Positions 58,860-64,000 of a DNA stretch of 64,000 nucleotides are shown piece after piece. The notes below the pieces were generated by a model, which was not told the DNA's origin, did not search any database, and saw only the letters and a list, made by a program, of their open reading frames with translations. Where the stretch lies: assembly GCA_905178155.1 (NCBI GenBank), contig CAJINV010000006.1, forward strand, positions 750,398 to 814,397. Reading direction: 5' to 3'. This DNA comes from Amoebophrya sp. A120. Its lineage: Eukaryota; Protista; Dinoflagellata. Position 1 is the stretch's first letter; the number at the start of each line of letters is the position of its first letter. The position numbers and the translations under genes were made by a program.

Positions 58860-59950
58860 TACAGCGCCCGCAGAGGGATGGCGCGAAAGGCGTGGGGCTA
58901 CGTATTCCGCCGCGCCGAGCGGCTGCATTCTTGCGCGGCCGCTACAGGGGTGGCGCCGCGGCGACTGGACCGGATCGGGGCTGTGTGTTTTGCCGCTGGG
59001 GGCTTCGAGCACGACGCCCCCGGTGGGCGAGGGGGGCCGCTTTCCAAAATAAACGCGCGGAACGGCTAGGCCGGGCGGGAGCAGCAGGCCGGCGCATTGC
59101 GCCCCGAAGGCCGCCCAGCTTGGAGAAGGCGGCGGAGCGTTTTTCCTTTTCTTTCATTCAACACAGCGACCAGCGTACTCCTTTCGAAAAGCGTCCGTCT
59201 TAGCGACGGCCCCCATTCCGGGGGCCGTCCTGTGCAAAGGCGGGCCGTCGCACCCCGGAGGCGCCCCCTCGCTCGAGGGCCGAGCCGCCGGGGGTTTGGC
59301 GCAAATTCGCCCCGCCCCCGCCACCGCGGCGGACATTGCGGCGCGCGGGCGTTCCCCAAGGCGAGAAGAGGCCCCGCGACCTGGCCGGACGCCAGGCGGG
59401 CGGCCCGCGTGCGTCCGCGGCAGCAGGTCTGCCCGGTGGCGGAGCCGGCGGCCGGGCCGAGGCAAAGCCCCCGGGGGTGGGCGTTCCACTCGAAGCAAGG
59501 CCGGGACGCTGAAGACACCGGGGCGGGCCCCCGGTGTTATGGCTGGCCGAAGATCGGGCATAGTTTGATGCAGAGCGAGCCGTCTGCGCCGCCTTTCGCC
59601 TTCCTACCTTCCAGGGGGCCGGCCCCCCGTCCGGGCCCCCCGAGGCCGATCATTCCCGGGCGTGTTTCTTAGCGCCGCAGCCTTCCCGGCCCCGCCTTGC
59701 TGCGTGTGGCCGCCCTACTTTGCCCGCGCGGGCGCCCGGTCTGGCGCCACCCGGCCGGCCACTGGCACGCCGGCTTGGGCGCGGGGTGGGCCGATAGGCC
59801 GGTGGGCCTGCAGGCCACCCGCTACCCGGTTTTGGTAGGCGGGCCCGTTTGTTGCTCCCCTGGCTGGTTGCGATGTACTAGCACGCCCAGCTGGGCGTGG
59901 TGCCCCTGCGCCTCGTGTGTCTATCTCCGTGAGGCGCCACGCTGCGGCCC
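58860..59950. other. Very GC-rich intergenic island, possibly a decayed mobile element
   Basis: Compositional shift similar to 8420-10150; follows a minisatellite. Confidence 0.4.
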
Positions 59951-60931
59951 CTTTAATTGTTTTCTACAGTTCGTTGGCAGCTCGTAATAAGATGCTGAGA
60001 TGAATATCGCTCAGCCGCTTCTTTGTTTTTGGCTTGATCGGATGCCGACCTTTGTTCATTTCGACGACCAAAACCTCGAGTCGCTATGGCAGGCGAGGCG
60101 CTATCCTACCTACCAATGGCCCATTTCCCTCTGGGAATTGGCAAAAGCAGTAGAAGAATACCTACAGATGCAGGAGGAGGTACATGAGCAACATTTTCTC
60201 TAATAGGAAAACAGAGAAAGCAGGCGCCAACCCCCGTGAACGAGAGAGGCCATCAGAGCAAATCAAGCGCTCGTCCGGGCGAGCGGCAAATTCTTTCTAT
60301 CGGCTCTGATCTGAAAAAAATGTTTAGGAGGAAGATCCTCCACTAGAGGGCTCCTGTCTTTCAAGTAGAGACGGTTCAGGCAAGAACAGATCACCGCGAT
60401 GAAGCAAAGATGGTGAGTGTTGAAATCAAGATCCAATGAAATCGACCCCGGAATATCAAAACTGGAACAAGATCCATCTGTTAACCACTCTCCCAGTCGG
60501 TTCATCTTCAAAAGAAATGAGATTTTTAGACGAAATGGTAGTGATTTCCAGACTGCGCAGGTCTTCATTTGCCGTTCTTCGTGCTACAGCTACTGCATGA
60601 GTAGTACAGCACTCATACTCAACTACTGCAGTTTATTTCTCCGAAAAAACAAGACAGCCAACCTTCTGCGTGGAGTTTTCTGATAGCACCGACTACTGTT
60701 TCTGTTCCGCACTTTACTTTTCTCAGATTCCACCAGCACCGCTTAGTCACCAAAATTCTTGCAGCAACATTCAGTACTTCTTACTAAGTCTCTTATTTGT
60801 CGCAAAGTTATAAAAATCCCGTATTTGCGTTCCGTTTAAGAAAGTAGCTACTGTACTGAGTATTTTCTTGCTTCTGTCTGAAGAATTGGCATCCTGAATC
60901 CGAAAACCAGCACCACTGGTCAAAAATCAAA

Positions 60932-63358
60932 ATGGCCCTGCTACTTCCAATAGATCATCTCCTCTTTCGGCGACAACTGATGCTCCTCACGGCCGGCTTG
61001 CTATTCCTGACGCCGACCTGCTTGCTCCCCTTTCATATTGATGCGCCATCTACATGTTCATCCGCACCAGTCGGAGGTGTCTATGCCGCGAAATTCAACA
61101 GTCTCATAGCTGGTCCCCGAGCAGCAAATAAACATAAAGCCACGCGTCCCCGGACCCCGCTTTCCCATCCCCCAATCGAAACCTCCGTCGGTTCGGTTGG
61201 ACACCCGTTGACGTGCGGCGAGGCGTGCAAGTACGCGCGGAAGCCGAAGGGGTGCAAGGACGGAGCGCACTGCAAAAGGTGTCATCACTGCGTCTGGAGC
61301 CGGTATTGGAGTAAAGAGACGACATTCGGAATTAATGGTAGTTGCGGTGGAAATGCTGGTGCAAGAACCACGGCGACCGCCGCCACGGCAAGAGGAACTC
61401 CTGCGCTGCCACAGGAACAGCAGGATTATGAGAACAACTTCGACCTATTCCAATTCCAGTGCATGCCGTGTGGTTCTGTTGTGCCACATCAATTGCCGTG
61501 GTGCGTGCTACCGCAACCGGAACAAACTGTTGGTGGAGATGAACACGCAGTGAGTGGAACACCAACCCATCAAGAAAAAAGCCACTGTGTCAAGACGCCA
61601 AACACTTCTACAACGCCGCAATGCGTCGAAAGAAGTAGCCCTGGGTCAACATCAACAGGAACGCCACCTACCAGCGAAGGAGCCACGACAGGTAATTACC
61701 TGACGCCCGAGTTCCCGCCTGCGACACCACAGGTAACTATGCAGCTCGTACCGGTCGTGTTTTGCAGCCCTTCCTCGTGGCACCACCAGCCACCAGAGGA
61801 ACAGCAATGCTTCGGCTTTTTTCCACCCTCGTGCGCGATGAATTTTGATCCGTCAACACCGTTGTTCCAGGAACAAACAGCAGCGGGTTCAAGCTGTTCC
61901 ACCAGTATGACAACATTTCTACCGTCGGCCGACAGCAGTGGGTCCTCTATGACTTGTTCGAGCGAGGTTCCGCTTCCGTCGTCTTCTACGGCCGGGGCCC
62001 CTCCGGGACATTGGGAAGCTGTCCCCGCCAGCGGATTGATGAGCAACTTTAGCCACGACCACGAAGAACTGCGTGCAGGAGCAGTGGAGAAGGAAACGCA
62101 AGAGCGCCGTGGTCTTCCACAGCACCCAGCGTCGTGTAGTAGCAACACCACAGGCGGCCCAATCTACTTCGATCCAACGGTGCTTCGTTTCCAAGCACCA
62201 CAGCAGCAAGCTGGACTCCGTTTTGCCGAACAGGAAATGCAACGGCGGCTTCCGTGTAACAATTCCGGCTTCGATCCGCGATTGCTTTGCTTTCAAGGAC
62301 CAGAACAGCATCAAGGTGGACGAACTCCTTTTTCAGAAGCGGAAATTAATGTGCTACGGCAGCAGGCGGTCAGCGTGTTTCAAGAGAAGAACAAAGACGC
62401 GGAACAACAAGAGAGGAAGGCGCAGCTTTCGTTTTCATCTTCAGTTGATAGGCCGAGCCACCACATGATCATGCGTGAAGAAGCCGGGAAGCGGACCTAC
62501 TCAAAAGCTGCTGCTACTGTTGCTGCACCAGCGACCACAGGAAGGGGGCAGAAGGTCTCGATGAAAACAGATCTTCAACCTAAGAGGACTACGGCTGCAA
62601 GGGCCCCGGCCGGGAACAAGACCATTTGTAGTTCTGTGTCTACTCCATCTTCTTTGCGATATGAGTGTAAGAGGAATGGAGCGTCGTCTAGGCCGTCAAG
62701 ACGGAGCAGCAGAAGCCCTTCTCCGACTTCCGCTGCGAGTTGTAGGGCAACCCAGGAAGTAGAGAGGGTCAAACACAGTCAAGAGCCGCCGGAACAAGGA
62801 CCCGCAGGCGCATGTGATCTTCTTACGCCACAACCTTCTTGCAGAAGTAACGCCGCGTCGAAAACACCTACAGCAGGAGCATCCTCTTGTCCCTCACGTC
62901 TCATACACGCCTTGCACATCGAACCTGGGAAGGAAAAAGAGCGAAAAGCCTTTCGTGTTTCGTGGGCCGATTTGACCAGTGACAGCAGCTCGGAAGGGGA
63001 AAGTGGCACAAAGAACAAAACACGAGTTCTTTTGCACGACCGGAGGAAACAAGCTAGGGAACAGGTTTTGAAGTTCCACCGGTCCATGCTGAAGCAGGGA
63101 ATAAATCGCGACGAAGTTGTAGATGAGCAGGGGGCGGGCGTGCGTGATGTGGTGCAGAATGCGACAACGGTAGAACTTGTATCACAACGGGCGGACCAGC
63201 AACATAACACGGTCGTGACGATGCACAACAATAAGAATCTATCGCGGGCCAGCACCATGGACAACTTCGGGACCACGGGAAGTTCTTGTGCGGAGGAGGA
63301 GGAGGCGTGCAGCCCGGATTTATTGTCAGAGGACGAGAATGCACAAGCACCGCAATGA
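60932..63358 (+). CDS. Gene 9: intronless putative secreted C3H-like protein (808 aa)
   Basis: Leader LMLLTAGLLFLTPTCLLPF...GGVYA; module SVGSVGHPLTCGEACKYARKPKGCKDGAHCKRCHHC at ~61181-61291; RVSWAD at 62954-62971. Confidence 0.9.
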   Translation: MALLLPIDHLLFRRQLMLLTAGLLFLTPTCLLPFHIDAPSTCSSAPVGGVYAAKFNSLIAGPRAANKHKATRPRTPLSHPPIETSVGSVGHPLTCGEACKYARKPKGCKDGAHCKRCHHCVWSRYWSKETTFGINGSCGGNAGARTTATAATARGTPALPQEQQDYENNFDLFQFQCMPCGSVVPHQLPWCVLPQPEQTVGGDEHAVSGTPTHQEKSHCVKTPNTSTTPQCVERSSPGSTSTGTPPTSEGATTGNYLTPEFPPATPQVTMQLVPVVFCSPSSWHHQPPEEQQCFGFFPPSCAMNFDPSTPLFQEQTAAGSSCSTSMTTFLPSADSSGSSMTCSSEVPLPSSSTAGAPPGHWEAVPASGLMSNFSHDHEELRAGAVEKETQERRGLPQHPASCSSNTTGGPIYFDPTVLRFQAPQQQAGLRFAEQEMQRRLPCNNSGFDPRLLCFQGPEQHQGGRTPFSEAEINVLRQQAVSVFQEKNKDAEQQERKAQLSFSSSVDRPSHHMIMREEAGKRTYSKAAATVAAPATTGRGQKVSMKTDLQPKRTTAARAPAGNKTICSSVSTPSSLRYECKRNGASSRPSRRSSRSPSPTSAASCRATQEVERVKHSQEPPEQGPAGACDLLTPQPSCRSNAASKTPTAGASSCPSRLIHALHIEPGKEKERKAFRVSWADLTSDSSSEGESGTKNKTRVLLHDRRKQAREQVLKFHRSMLKQGINRDEVVDEQGAGVRDVVQNATTVELVSQRADQQHNTVVTMHNNKNLSRASTMDNFGTTGSSCAEEEEACSPDLLSEDENAQAPQ

Positions 63359-64000
63359 CGTAGGTGTCGTTCTCAGTAGGAGGTTTTATCTAGAGTAAAA
63401 ACTAGAAGTATATAATACGCAAAGTGAAAGTTAGTTATAATGCGAACGAGCAGACACAGACAGACGGCTCCGACTGAAGACCGTCTTGATTTCTTCCCTG
63501 GTATGATAGATTGATCTAATGACCAGTTGACTTTTTGATCGTATGAGATGGGCCAATGTGAATTGATAACTCTGAAAGTAAACAGCTAAAGTATTCTGTC
63601 TTCAACGACGTGCACACGACGTATCTATGTATGATGAAAACAGGACGGGCACACACACAGTAAATAATTAGTCTCAAAAAGTAGATTCCGAATTGTACCT
63701 AGGAAGTCGAAAAATGAATTTATTGTCAATACGCCAACAAGAAGCGGCCTTCTCTTGTCCGCACAGTGGCCACCGTGAATCGAGTTTCTGCACTGGGATT
63801 TCGCTCCGAAAGGTTGTTACATGACACAGACTACTTTTTCCTTCCTCCAGCATTAATCTACAGCGTTATGCATAGACCTCTTTTTATACTCATGAACGAA
63901 GATTGTTGAGTTCCACTTCCATCCATGTCGAAATGATGAGTTCCATAGAAGGAAATCCACTTGCACTCAGAATGCGCCATTATCCAGCGATGTTTCGTGC

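Noticed and set aside
1-64000. Autonomous transposase, RepHel, reverse transcriptase, rRNA/tRNA or dinoflagellate spliced-leader sequence
   Set aside because: No DDE, HUH/helicase, RT or structural RNA signature was recognised by eye; a profile search would be needed to exclude divergent copies.

Overview
This is eukaryotic genomic DNA, most consistent with the parasitic dinoflagellate Amoebophrya (Syndiniales); that assignment is inferred from the architecture. About nine co-oriented (+ strand) genes encode low-complexity proteins. Most have a hydrophobic, signal-peptide-like N-terminus and 1-3 copies of a C3H-like Cys/His module (SxGSxxHPxxC..PC.F.....GCKDG..C..CH.C), forming a local array of candidate secreted zinc-finger effectors; several also carry RVxF/W PP1-docking-like motifs. 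The ORF track is fragmented because about 32 MITE-like introner elements (130-330 bp, at least 4 TIR families) interrupt the genes. They are bounded by TA...TA, have ~20-35 bp terminal inverted repeats and 5-bp target-site duplications (TSDs), and share an internal TGTNATGC motif. Removing an element plus one TSD copy restores the reading frame almost every time, in either element orientation and usually without GT-AG ends. Also present: a 2.8 kb non-autonomous Helitron inside a gene, a 9-bp-TSD element with TTTAGGG repeats inside a CDS, an internal duplication showing empty versus filled introner sites, and a chimeric duplication whose junction is an introner with mismatched TSDs. No transposase, rRNA, tRNA or CRISPR array was recognised.
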